DNA of 53,279 nucleotides from positions 744,001 to 797,279 of the forward strand of contig JBEWZL010000011.1 of the NCBI GenBank assembly GCA_045837725.1. Reading direction: 5' to 3'. The translations under genes and the position numbers were made by a program. The notes under the pieces were generated by a model. That model did no database searches and was not told the origin of the DNA. It was given only the letters and a program-made list of their open reading frames with translations. Position 1 is the first letter of the stretch. Each line of letters begins with the position of its first letter. Source of the DNA: Vermamoeba vermiformis (Eukaryota). Below are positions 26,936 to 38,553 of this stretch, piece after piece.

Positions 26936-27195
26936 AGCACGTGCTTTTGGTAAGACTCCCATTCGAATTCATGCTAGCTTTATTAACTTCGAACATAAAG
27001 ATAACAACGCATTGCCAGAGCCGCTTGCGAGTATGCAATGCGATCATTCCTTGGGCATTAATGTTTGCAATGCTACGCGATCCTGGCAGATGCAAAGGGG
27101 TCGAGCCGAATGCTATGCGAATAAAAGGCTGTCGATCGTTTGCTTCAAAAGCCCGGCAAGCATTAAACCAAAAACAGAATGTTGAGCAATATTGG

Positions 27196-28960
27196 TTACG
27201 GTTGCGGTGCACGGTTAATCTTGGAGTTGATTTTGTCCACAATTCCCTCTGCAGTGGGAATATCAAAAAGACGATAGCGCACTTCAACGGCACCGACTTG
27301 TTCTTTTGCTTGCCGCTTTCTGCACTTAAGGCACATATATTTCTTCTTTGACAGCTTGATAAAAAAGTTTGATATCGTTGTGTTGCATTGGTCGCATTCA
27401 AGTTCTTTTTCCATTTTGTTGACATCACTGACGAATTGAATCTCGGCACCGAGTTGATGCGATAATAATTTTTGTTCTTCGACCCATCTTTTGAATATTG
27501 GAAGCGCTCCCTTTGCGTGTTGAAACATTATTGTATTGCTATCCAAGGAAAGTGATTGACACAATTTGAATAAACAAAGGAGACCAAGTTCATAGAGCGA
27601 ATATTTGATATTGTAAAGTTGATGACATCTCTGTAACCGAACCGGGGTTATTATCTACGGAGCCAAATTACCAATAACTTACCATAATAGTGCAATAGTT
27701 TTCGACAAAGTGATCCACTCCAACGTAAGACGTATCGCAAGCACAACTAACCAGAGGTATAATATCACTGCCGGGATCTGGCGCGTGGTTTATCTTTTTG
27801 AAACAGTGATACTTTCCTTGAGGAAGAATGACGGCTTGACCGGGCTTGATTTTAATGCTCTTTGAATATATTCCATAATCATTCAATTCTCTCTCAAGCT
27901 TCTCATCCCAGATATTGACGTTTGAATCGACTTCATATTCGAGATCGTGCGGCTGCAGTTGATCTTCAGTGAGTGAAGGCAACGATAGCACCTTACGAAA
28001 GTAATAGCTCTGAGTATTTAATTGTTAAATACGAGCGGCAATAAATGTCTTCGGGTGGTATATCTTACCTCTGTCTCGCCGAGCTTTGGCCAGAGATGGA
28101 TCAAGTTTTCTCCATGGCCCATCAAGAAGCAATGGGTTGATAATTGACTGCCAAATCCATCCATATGCGGAAAGGTCATAATTTGACCCCACGGCGGTGA
28201 TATGAGGAAGATAAAGTCCATTCTTGGTATGGGTGCATCGCGACAGACTCTAGAGAGTTAGACTGTGAGTAAATGCGACACTAATTGCTTTTGTTTGGAC
28301 ACTGAGCTTACTCAAGAATGTAGCTGGTAAGGTCCAATCGACCGCAACACCCAAATGTACTGATGATTTTGTTCTTCCTAAGAATATTGATATCCGAGCT
28401 TAATAATGATATTCCGGTCAGATACAAGCATTCTCGTTCCTCAATCGGCTTTTTTTGTTCATTTTGGAACCACTAAAATCATTTTTTGTGTTAGATAGGG
28501 GTCGTCAGACTACTACTTTTCACTTACCGTACACCATTCTTTCAGCTTCATTTTACTACCGGAGCCTGTCTTCATCCACTTCTTGTTATCTTCATTCGTT
28601 TTGTTTGGTTTATACCGGAATACATCTCCTTCGTAGTCTCCATAGGTGTGCACAAGAGTGGTCCAGTCAGAATATTGCGCTTCACGCTCGTGGGGGGTAA
28701 ATCTGGCACGCGTTTATTGAGGGCATGTAGTTGGCGTGGGGTCACACCAGACTAACCAGAGACACGCCCCTTGTAATACAAGTAAAACAAAAACAAAAAT
28801 AAAAAGAAAAAATAATTTAACAAACCAAGCTTGTTGTGGCGCTCTGTTTGCTAAAACGACGACAATGGCGGTTGTAGCGTTGCTTCGTTTTTCTTCTCGG
28901 CAAGTCACGTGACACCTGTCACATGTCAACCAGGGCTATGTCGGAATTCTTCACTCGCTG
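27196..28960 (-). CDS. JmjC histone-demethylase-like protein with KDM6/UTX-type C-terminal Zn domain; 5' part possibly degenerate
   Basis: Spliced frame KMKLKEW..CLYLTGI..TFPHMDG (HxD)..IKPGQAVILPQGKYHCFKK (distal His). The C-terminus has ECDQCNTTISNFFI..YMCLKC..VRY. A PHD-like remnant WLTCDRC lies at ~28930 and there is an in-frame TAA at ~28714. Confidence 0.75.
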
Positions 28961-29188
28961 TGAATTCGAATATTCCGACGCTAATTGCTTCAGGCAATGT
29001 CGCTGCATGAAAGTGACTCGCTCTCTTTAATATTTGAAATAACGTCGAATACGATAAATTCAGCGTTGTTATTATCTATAATATGGTATTCCATTTGGAA
29101 AGGAACAGTTTTTGTAATTTTTTTGCACTTCACATCCGGTGCGCCTTGATCCAATCCTACTTCAGACAATTTTCCTATTTTTCTAACT

Positions 29189-29416
29189 TTAGTAAACTAA
29201 AAAGCAAAAAAATCTAATTCTCGATTTCGTTTTAGCGCACAGCCAATCAAATTCCTTACTTTTTTTATTATTTCTGCATTTATGTAATTGCTCTTTTCTC
29301 TGCAATAGAATGCATTCCGAGCAGTATCTTTTTAAAGTAGAAGTATGTACAAACGCTTTATTGCATCTCTTGCAGGTCAGGTTGTGTCCGTTCATTGCGT
29401 TTTCCAACAATTTCAA
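29189..29416 (-). CDS. Small Zn-ribbon ORF (CxxC...YCxxC), possibly an upstream exon of the JmjC gene
   Basis: LTCKRCNKAF..TLKRYCSEC followed by a basic tail. Confidence 0.35.
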   Translation of the reverse strand: MKLLENAMNGHNLTCKRCNKAFVHTSTLKRYCSECILLQRKEQLHKCRNNKKSKEFDWLCAKTKSRIRFFCFLVY

Positions 29417-29983
29417 TGCTAGTTTCGTTGCATTTCATTGCATTTGGTTTCATCAATCAAGTTCGGTAACTTCTGCGTTGCCTTTATCTTCCTCATGACC
29501 GGTGGGACGCCACCGAGCTGTGATGTTATAGTCGCATATTAGTACATGATGGTGCATCCGCCGTGGCGTAGGTCTGTAATCGCCCTGATTGGGAGAACGC
29601 GTTCCGCGCCTGCCTGATCGGTTTTTAAGGTAACAATAATTCTAAATAAAATACTATTAAATACAATAAATAATTTGATGATTATACGTATCGATTTTAC
29701 TAATTTTGGATTTTAGGAGACGAATTACCCGATCAACGGAAGATGGATTTTCTGAATCTGACTTGGTCGGTTTATAGAATTTATTTTATCGATTAATTTG
29801 ACATTAATATAATTTAAATTTATGAGTGATGATAAAATTTAAATGTTTACTGACGATTTTTTTTACAGTCTCGGGATTTGAGATCTTGGCTTGGTGGTGT
29901 TTTATCTTGAAGAGAATTGTCTAACGCCTTCAAAAAATAAGTAAGTAATATAATATATGCCTTCGTTAATTAATCACCCTTAG

Positions 29984-30900
29984 TAACTCGGTCTACAGTC
30001 GACATTTCATCGTGCACTGGATCCAACTTTATTAGTGACAGCACGACCTACCAAACTACGAGCATTATTGACTTTACCAACGTGTTCCCTGATTTGGACT
30101 CATACTACGGATCCAACTCGTTCACCCTTCCGAGCAGCTCGGTGCCAGTAGGCTTGTTTAAGGCTTACTTAGCTGACTGGCTATTGCCGCCTTTGAATTT
30201 GACCATCACTGATCGTGACAGCAATGGAAGATATCCTCTCAGAGTGTCAGTGCTCGTCACACCTGCTTCAACTCTTGGTGTGAACATTGCATGCGCCACT
30301 ACGACACCTGTCTTCAATCAACCGACCATTGCTGGCTTGCCTTACAGATACCAGCAATCTCAGCGAGTTCTTTATATTCCGAGATGACTTTGGCAACGGT
30401 AAGAACAAAAACTGTCAAAACTGCGCGGTACGAGACTGACTTTTTGACAGCGTCCGGCTATCAGATTAGCTCAGCACAAGCTTACGCTGGTAGCACTTCA
30501 TTGCTTTACGCAGGCGTAACAAGCACGTGGTTTGTTATTGATTTCCGGGCGTGTCCTAAAGACGTGTCAGTGTACGACTCGATCCGTGTTGCCATCTACT
30601 CGGATCTGCCCTTGACCGGCGGAAAAATCCAAGTCTACAGGGGAGATTGGAGTTCATCTACTCCTGCTGTATCCTTACAAGCTATGGAGGCTGGCAAGTG
30701 GAACACATTTACCGTTGTCTCAGTTCGTGCTGCTTTTCGAAAGCGTCGCGATGAACGAGTTGCTAACATTTGAAGTACGTCCTGGTAAGCCCAGACGATG
30801 TCGCGCAGTTCAATTAAGTTGATCTTTCGACTTTGTTTTTTTCGTCCAAGTTTTGAACAAGCAAACACACTTCTCGGACATTACGCGGATTATAATTTGG
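29984..30900 (+). pseudogene. Fragment of an extracellular/beta-rich protein, frameshifted
   Basis: Overlapping ORFs 30082-30387 and 30291-30773 with coding-like composition and a frame change near 30350. No family recognised. Confidence 0.35.
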
Positions 30901-32187
30901 TACTGTAAGTATTGTGTTACCTAAATTTACCATTTAAAGATACTATTAACCACTAGTTCATTAATTTTCGTTGCCTTCTACATCCAAGTCGAATCTACCG
31001 CAACTCACTTTCAAATTTCCTTAACGAACGGACATATGATTAACAAAAGGTAATGTATCGTATTTAAATCATTTTAAGCCATTTTCAACGCAACGCTTGT
31101 AATTTACAAAGCGCGATCGAGTTCAAAGAATTATTCAAATTTCACGCTTGTAATTCTATCAAAAAATCCGATTAACTGTCTTTATCATTAGCAAGTCGAC
31201 TGCAAACGCCAACCTTCCCCCTCCGACCGCTGAGTAAGTCTCAGGAATTTTTGTTCAGATTTTTTAATCAGATCTTACCGGATTCGTCTTATAGAGAGAT
31301 GGAGATTATGCAGGCAAAGTTCGATGACTTGCTAATAGTACCTATTGGCAAAGAGCGCGTTGTCTCAACCTTGAATGAAGACCAACCTGCACCAAGATCC
31401 GTGTAACAACCATGCAAGTCCATCATCAAGGGACGTGCTTTTTATTGAAGCATGTTTGAGCCCAGCAAGCCACTGTTGGACTTTGTGCGACTACGGAGGT
31501 AACAACGGATGTGGATGCGAAATTCAATTCTAATCGTCTGTCTCTAGAGAAACACCCAACCTCAAAGCCGCGCTTGCCACAATGGCGACTCAAAAGAACG
31601 CTGACAAACTACAAGAGGTTGAGATCGATATTGATGCCGCGTACGAGCAAGCGTTGGAAACCTGCATCAATGAGCCAAACAACACCAACTTCAACATCAA
31701 CGCACAGGATGGTGAAGAAAATCGCGAAAACATTGACTTGGCTGCAGTGACTTCGCACTCTCAGGCACCTGAGGAACAGTGCGACGACGCGAACCACCAA
31801 AAAAAGGTAAAAAAAGTAAGTAACTCGATTTGCCAACTATCAAATCCCTTTGCTAATTCCGTTAAATCACCAGGAAAATCGAAACAGTCGGATGCGCCGC
31901 AAGGATCACCAAAAACAAGAGACAAAAGTAAGTATCAAAGACATTTTATTATTACGTACAATACTAATATTTCCTTCAAATTAGGGCCCTGGGTGAGCCG
32001 TTATCGCCACCGTGCAGATCGCGCGATCGTACTTTTGGACTTTGAAATTTTCAACACGATCAAAGTCCAATCTTGATTCAGGCATATCGAATATCCAGCT
32101 GAAAACTTTACCAAACGAAGAAAAAGTTGCGTCAGAAGAACTAAAACGACAAGTCGAAAAAAAAGTCCGTTTAATTAAAGGGTCAGT

Positions 32188-34191
32188 CTAAGACTGGATG
32201 TTATCACTGCTTGTATCTTGAACATGCATTTGTACAGAATTCTCGGTATGGCGCAAGGAGGATGTGTTGGGGTTTGAGTTGGAATGGGACGACTGCCGTT
32301 TGTCACCTTTTATGTGAAGGCGCCACAATTTGGGACCAAAGACGAAGCCCAACAGACTTGCGCACACGACAAATATTGCGACAGTAAAAGAACCGACCTC
32401 TGCGAGCAAATTGTAGGCAATGACAAAGTTGACCATCATAATGAATATAGCAAAGAGAACAGTCACCAAAATGCACCATCCAATTTCTCGGCTTTCTTTG
32501 TACTGCTTGAATTGATGCTTGATCGAACGAGTCTTGTAGGAAACCACAATGCCCCCAAGCAATAGAATGCCTTTGGGTACGAAAAAGATGATGACAGGCC
32601 AAATTCCAACTGATCGGCAAGAGATGTAAACTTGATTGGTAGTCAAGAATGGCGAATCGGCTACTATTGCAACTTTGAGTGGGTCGAGCGTTGTCCATAA
32701 GACGAGTATAACCACCTCCAGACCAAGCATGGGCAGAATACCTTTGAGAATAAGTGATCGATCAGAGTCCGCTATCTTTGTGTCCAACGATTTGTCGCTG
32801 AAGATACGCCAAATACGATAGTTCTTCACTATAAGACCACCAAAACTGATAGAGAAACCAAGTCCACCAAGCCAAGGGCGCAACAGGCAAAAAGCGTCTG
32901 ACGGTTCACCAATCCAGAAGTAGCTGGATAGTGCACCAATGACCACTCCGAGTAATACAAGTACGCAGAAAATGTAGGCTGCCGAACGTATTACTGCGGC
33001 ATTGCGGTGTATCACCGTATCGATGATTATGGCGATTGCAAGCACCATTACAAGTCCGTTCAAAACAAGCACAGCAATGCCCAGAGGATCACCGTACTGC
33101 ACGTAAAGACGCTCTTGAATGTCCGCAGTAGTCAAGTTGCGTGGATTGTTGATGCCATTGTAGTATTTTGCCATTGCACGGATCTCTCGCAACGTCAAGC
33201 AGGATGTATTGCTAGACCTTGGAAAGAAATCAGCAAATTCTCCACAAAACACTTGCTCGGTTCCATTAGCAATTGCATTCTGATGTTCGACAATGTAGCG
33301 TTCCAAATCGTTAGTTGCAAGCGTTGAGAATGTGCTTAGCTCCATCACGTTGTCGAATCCACCGAGGAATTCCTTGTCACCAACAAATGTGCCATTGAGA
33401 ATGCTGCGAATTATCATCTGATAGAAGTACTCCCAATTGTAGACAACAGAGAATAGGACGTTCTCGTTGACATCGTAGCGGTAGTCCGCAGCTACGCCGA
33501 CCACCCATATATTCTTGCCATTGCCCCACTGATCGTTAGCATAAAGGCTCTGGCTGATACCACAGTCGACGTTGTAATTATCGACAAGATAACTCGCGGT
33601 TGCCCGCTCGACGGGGGGATTGTAGTAGTCTTTCGAATACATTAGAGTTAAAGTAGCGTCTGGCCGTTCTTGGATCAAACCAACATAGACTGCGTTTGCA
33701 ATTCCACGGCTACCACTGAGACTGACCATACCAACGGAACCAGTTTTTGTTACTCGGCCGCATGCACGACCCGCCAGGTAAAAGGCTTCAAATCCACGTG
33801 TGCCAATATTTACTGTGTTTGCAAAAAGCGGTCCTCCGACATTCATCATCTTCTGACTGGGATACAGAGCAGTTAAATTCGCAATTGTGTCGATATATTT
33901 GTTGCTGGTGAAAACGATCAAGTCGACAGTTTCGTTATCCAAAATTGAGATAAATAGCTTTGTCAAATTCTCGGGTGAATAGGATTGGAATAAATTGCAG
34001 TCTATATGATAGCCTTCAAGAACCAAAGAACGGTGCGTTTGAGATCTGGCCTCCTCTTGGGCGCGACTCCAAGCATCTTTACCAATGGGATCAGAATAAG
34101 CGACTAGCATCCTGAATGCAGCTGCATGACCAGTAATTAACATTATTAGTAGTGGGAAACCCACTACCAAAGAGCGGGCTATTCCGAGCAT
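32188..34191 (-). CDS. Family C (GABA-B-like/Grl-type) GPCR with BMP/PnrA periplasmic-binding ectodomain, intronless
   Basis: Signal peptide. BMP-like motifs: D.AWS, AFYLAG, TKTGSVGMV, WVVGV, VLFSVVYNW. 7TM_3 motifs: VIRSAA..FC, CLLRPWL..LGF, KNYRIWRIF, YKESREIG, FGPKLW. Confidence 0.93.
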   Translation of the reverse strand: MLGIARSLVVGFPLLIMLITGHAAAFRMLVAYSDPIGKDAWSRAQEEARSQTHRSLVLEGYHIDCNLFQSYSPENLTKLFISILDNETVDLIVFTSNKYIDTIANLTALYPSQKMMNVGGPLFANTVNIGTRGFEAFYLAGRACGRVTKTGSVGMVSLSGSRGIANAVYVGLIQERPDATLTLMYSKDYYNPPVERATASYLVDNYNVDCGISQSLYANDQWGNGKNIWVVGVAADYRYDVNENVLFSVVYNWEYFYQMIIRSILNGTFVGDKEFLGGFDNVMELSTFSTLATNDLERYIVEHQNAIANGTEQVFCGEFADFFPRSSNTSCLTLREIRAMAKYYNGINNPRNLTTADIQERLYVQYGDPLGIAVLVLNGLVMVLAIAIIIDTVIHRNAAVIRSAAYIFCVLVLLGVVIGALSSYFWIGEPSDAFCLLRPWLGGLGFSISFGGLIVKNYRIWRIFSDKSLDTKIADSDRSLILKGILPMLGLEVVILVLWTTLDPLKVAIVADSPFLTTNQVYISCRSVGIWPVIIFFVPKGILLLGGIVVSYKTRSIKHQFKQYKESREIGWCILVTVLFAIFIMMVNFVIAYNLLAEVGSFTVAIFVVCASLLGFVFGPKLWRLHIKGDKRQSSHSNSNPNTSSLRHTENSVQMHVQDTSSDNIQS

Positions 34192-36638
34192 AATTCAGAG
34201 CAAATTAAATGATAGATGGGTTGTGCTCTGTTTGTCTGGGTAAATTAAACTGACAAATAACGAGAAAAACTGGCTCCAATCGGGCATGTTCCGGTAATTA
34301 ACACACTGTTACAAAGTTAACTCGCAACTGGACATAGTTGTGAAACGATTTCAGCAATCGCTTTGATTATAGTAATTATAAAATATTTCCGTATTTGTTG
34401 GTGCGCTATTTTAGTTGCGGATCAGTAATTCTGAAAATAGAACTTGTCTCCGAATTTAAATTAATTAACCTATGAATAAAGATTAATTAGGACACCGGAT
34501 TCTGGGTTTTAAAGTAAATAATTAAATGTAGTTGCCCAAATAGTGCACTATTGACGTCAAAAATAGCAACACGATCGCGAATAAATAAATGAAGTTTTTG
34601 CCACGAAAATAGAATCAACCAAAGTTAGAAAAATTCAATGGGAAAGATACGATTTTAATAAGTATTTCTGATATTATACGAATGCCAAAATAGGCAACGT
34701 AAGCTGGGACTGCGACGCAGACGGACGGTATTTCCAGGGAGAGCGGCCGGTATACGACATAATTGACTCACAATGGCCATGCATATGCATGCGACACTTG
34801 ATTCAGGTGAGCAAGGCTAGCATAACACATTTTGCTGCTATTACAGGTGTGGATGTCAATCGAAATTGATGTGTTGCGGATTGATGCAATTCGGGTGATG
34901 ACAGACGTGAGGAGCATCAGCTCTATGACGAGGTTCAGTTGGGAAAAAGATAAATTCCCCAGTTTTCTTATCTGTGTCGTAAATCGTTTGATTGTGATAA
35001 ACGATCTAGTATACAAATGTATAAAAACGTATAAAACGTGACAAACGTAAAAAACAGATTCAGTCAAAGTGCTAAAAGCTAACTTACTTTTTCGACGTTC
35101 GTGTTGAATCAGAGGGCCGGATCTTGAGGGTGCGAGATCTCAATGAGCTGTTCTGAGTAGATCTAACGTTGAACGGGCCTTCATATGTAAATTGAAACTT
35201 TTCGGAAGTCCTTTCTCTGGCACGGCAATTTTCTTATATAAGTTGGAAGTTACATAAAAGTACTTACACGCCAAGGAAAAGTGCGATGCCGATCTCGCGC
35301 AAACTACCAACGCCGAATATAACGGCGTCATCGAGCATTAATGTGGAGGCGTTGTGATAACGCCTAAAAAATATAATGTCAAAATAAGACCTTGTGTGGT
35401 CTCGATCTTGAACTTACGCAAGGGGGGGCAGCATCGCCAACTAGCACCAACCTTGCCCTAACCGTAACTATGTTATTAATTATAAAATTGACCATTTTTT
35501 CGGTACTTACGGGAATCCCTGTGTCTGCGCAGATCCGGGATCTTGACCATCGCGCCGGGCAAAACATTTAAGTCTCCTATCAAATCCAACATTATATGTC
35601 AATAAAGTTTTCCGATTACTATCATTGTTTAAACTTACCGTCTTATCAAACGTATTGGTGGCCAACATGGCTCGCGCGGAGATCGGGTTGAGCGCGATCT
35701 CAAAATCTCAATTGGTTGACGTGTAACCTATTAACAATTTATTAGAAATTATATCGTTAATATTTTAAACAAAATTGATTATACTTACGTTGTTATTTGA
35801 GCCATTAATTCGGATTGACGGCCGTCGATCTGCCGGGAGAAATGACCTCCAAAACTGAAATACGATATTATTATATATGTTATTAATATCATAATTGAAA
35901 ACGATTTCAATTTGGCGCGATCTACAAGAAAGATCCGCGCATTGAAATTTCAACTTTATTACAAAATATTACTATTTGAAATTATATATTGTCCGCATTA
36001 TATTGCAAGTAGTTAATAAATATAAAAAACTTACCGAATTTATCTGAATCCTTTGACGGATTCGATCGCGCCATCTTCGTCACTGGCCTCAGTGTCCACT
36101 CCAAAATGTACCTCGAAAGTGATCCTTCGAGTGATAGCACGCCGCTGCAGCTAGCACCACCTTTGCTTGCTTGTTGAAGCTCATCTATTTGGAATAACAG
36201 TGTAGCTGACGGATCCAACGTTGCGAAATCAAGTGTTGTTTTCTTAAAGCTTTGGGTTTTGACTTTAAATTGCCAATTGTAATTCAGTGGTCGTGGTCTA
36301 CGGCAATTTGAACCGATATTACAAAATAGCGCCGATATCCATAATGACGAGACAGTCCGCCCACGAGAGGAACAACAATACAATTGTAAACGACCAGTGG
36401 TGGTCCAGATCTGGCGAATCGAACGGAACTGGATCGATCCAGTTCAATCGCGTTTTAAAATTTTAGCGGGAAATCTATAATTGAATAAAAACGTTAGTAT
36501 ACTAATTATAAACGTGTGAAATAAGGGTCTGATTGACCCTACGAGGTTAATTTTCGCGGTCTAAGCTCGATCAGCGGATCTTTAAATTTTGCAATCAAAA
36601 TTGAATAACCGTTGTAAAAATATTTAAACGGGGGAAGT

Positions 36639-37758
36639 TGTAAGGAAAATAGTGTGTATATTTATTGTAGGAAGGTCACCAAATAATGACGACTTGTAAC
36701 GTCACTAAATATTGACAATCATGTGACGAATGTCACCTATTTTCATTACATTTCCCTCTCCCCAGAGTAAACCAAGGCTTGAACATAGCTCCACCAGGAT
36801 CGAAGGGCTGCAGTGGTAAGTAATTTCTATCGTAATTCAACTTCACATGAAATTTCCATATCTCCGTCTCTCGTTCGTCTCTTGCTCCTCTACAATTAAT
36901 AGGATTGTTTCCATCATCTATTTCTCTCTCCGCTCTTCGCTTCAAAGCGTTGGGCCAATTTTTGCTCGGATCTGATCTCTCCGCGCTCTTTTGAATTTTA
37001 TTTAAAAAAACACCGCCCTTGAAGGCCCGGGCCTGTTTCACCTGTGTTGGGGCTGTCTCTGACTTCAATTCCTGCGGTTCGGTCGTACTCCTAATCTCTC
37101 GATGAGGTGTAATCTCAGATTCGGTGCACAAAATCTCCGTCACATCTGCTGACGTGTCATTACTAGTGACTAATGGCTCTCTAATAAACATATCTTCGCT
37201 CATAATATTATTTTCTTTGCATCTCTCTTCTTCGCCGTTCACTTTCTCCGCGTTCTGTAGTGCATCCGCAACTCGACTGGACTTGACTTCTTCTAACGTA
37301 CTTGACTCGCGTTCTCTCTTCTCTAACGGGGCTTCTACCCTACTAAACTCTTTTTCTAAAGCACTCGCAACGATAAGCATGAACTTCTCCGACGATAAAA
37401 AAGTGATGACGTCACTCGCGCAATCCAATCGCTCCAGAATCTTCTCGAATCTCCTTCTCAACTTGCCTTGCTTCTTGGAACGCGGATGGAGAAGTCAAGG
37501 TTGGTTTTGCCGTCGCTAGAGGAAGTACGAGCGAGATAAGGAGATTTCTAGTAAAGTTCGAGTGCGAAAGAAGTTACATACCACTGCAGCCCTTCGATCC
37601 TGGTGGAGCTATGTTCAAGCCTTGGTTTACTCTGGGGAGAGGGAAATGTAATGAAAATAGGTGACACTTGTCACGTGATTGTCAGTATTTAGTTACGTTA
37701 CAAGTCGTCATTATTTGGTGACCTTCCTACAATAAATATACACGCTATTTTCCTTACA
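36639..37758. mobile_element. 1120-bp element with long terminal inverted repeats (TGT...ACA) and a 4-bp TSD AAGT; each arm is a polypurine tract plus a 112-bp LTR-like unit
   Basis: 36639-~36830 is the reverse complement of ~37567-37758. AAGT lies at 36635-38 and 37759-62. GGGGAGAGGGAAA directly precedes TGTAATGAAAATAG...AATAAA...CTATTTTCCTTACA (37647-37758; mirror copy 36639-36750). Confidence 0.88.
36733..37461 (-). CDS. Internal ORF of the inverted-repeat element (acidic/coiled-coil, ends FDPGG...), function unknown
   Basis: 242-aa ORF that runs through the PPT into the LTR-like unit. No integrase or RT motifs. Confidence 0.35.
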   Translation of the reverse strand: MRRRFEKILERLDCASDVITFLSSEKFMLIVASALEKEFSRVEAPLEKRERESSTLEEVKSSRVADALQNAEKVNGEEERCKENNIMSEDMFIREPLVTSNDTSADVTEILCTESEITPHREIRSTTEPQELKSETAPTQVKQARAFKGGVFLNKIQKSAERSDPSKNWPNALKRRAEREIDDGNNPINCRGARDERETEIWKFHVKLNYDRNYLPLQPFDPGGAMFKPWFTLGRGKCNENR

Positions 37759-38553
37759 AAGTATATTATATTTTACGTTACCTTCAATAATTAATTAAAA
37801 TTATGACGCCGAGATTGGCTCGGGTCAAGATAGTCTCGTGCTGCAACGACGCTGATTGTCGTTGGGCACGTGTCCAACAATACATTTAAACAATAATAAA
37901 TAAAAATATCACCCTTGTGGTCGTTCATTCGGCGATCTAAAAATTAAGTTTGAATTTTTTGAATTGCTTTCCGCCAATACAAACGCGGGATTATTGCCAT
38001 AGCGGACTTACCTCGGCATGGAATATTTCGACCCTATACTCGTTAGATAGCCCTAGCCCTCCATTGAATTCACAAGGTTTGGCTCGAGTCGTATTTAAAT
38101 TATGCAAAATCTCCACCACATCTTTCAACAACTTACCATGGATTTATCTCGGCCGTAAGCCACCAGCGGCAAATCCCTCACGAGAAGAGAGGCGATATTT
38201 TGTATTATTAATTATTTTTTTGGTAGCAACTGGTGACAACAACATATCAAAAGCCAACGTCTTCCTGCGGTTTTAGAGATATTGAAATAATTTATTAGCA
38301 TTCTCGTTTAAGGCTTCCACTTCTTCGGTTCATCAGATCCGAAACGCAGTTCAATCTGACCCAAAACGGTAAATTTTGTTAATAATAATTCTTAATAATT
38401 ATTTATGATTTATAAAGCGTATAATTTGACTCTTTTTATGCTTGGGGCCAACGTTGCGCTAATTTTTCAGTTATTTTTATGGTAGTTTGTTATTTTGGAT
38501 CCGAATATTCCGAAAATTAATGTGACGTTTCCCTGACTCATATTTCGAAATAG

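Noticed and set aside
31300-32160. ORF 31582-32076 as a complete gene
   Set aside because: Low-complexity acidic/basic fragment with stops in adjoining exons. No family is recognisable, so no call was made.
36639-37758. DIRS-type retroelement (inverted LTRs)
   Set aside because: DIRS elements lack TSDs and encode a tyrosine recombinase and RT. This element has a 4-bp TSD, TG..CA ends and no such ORFs.
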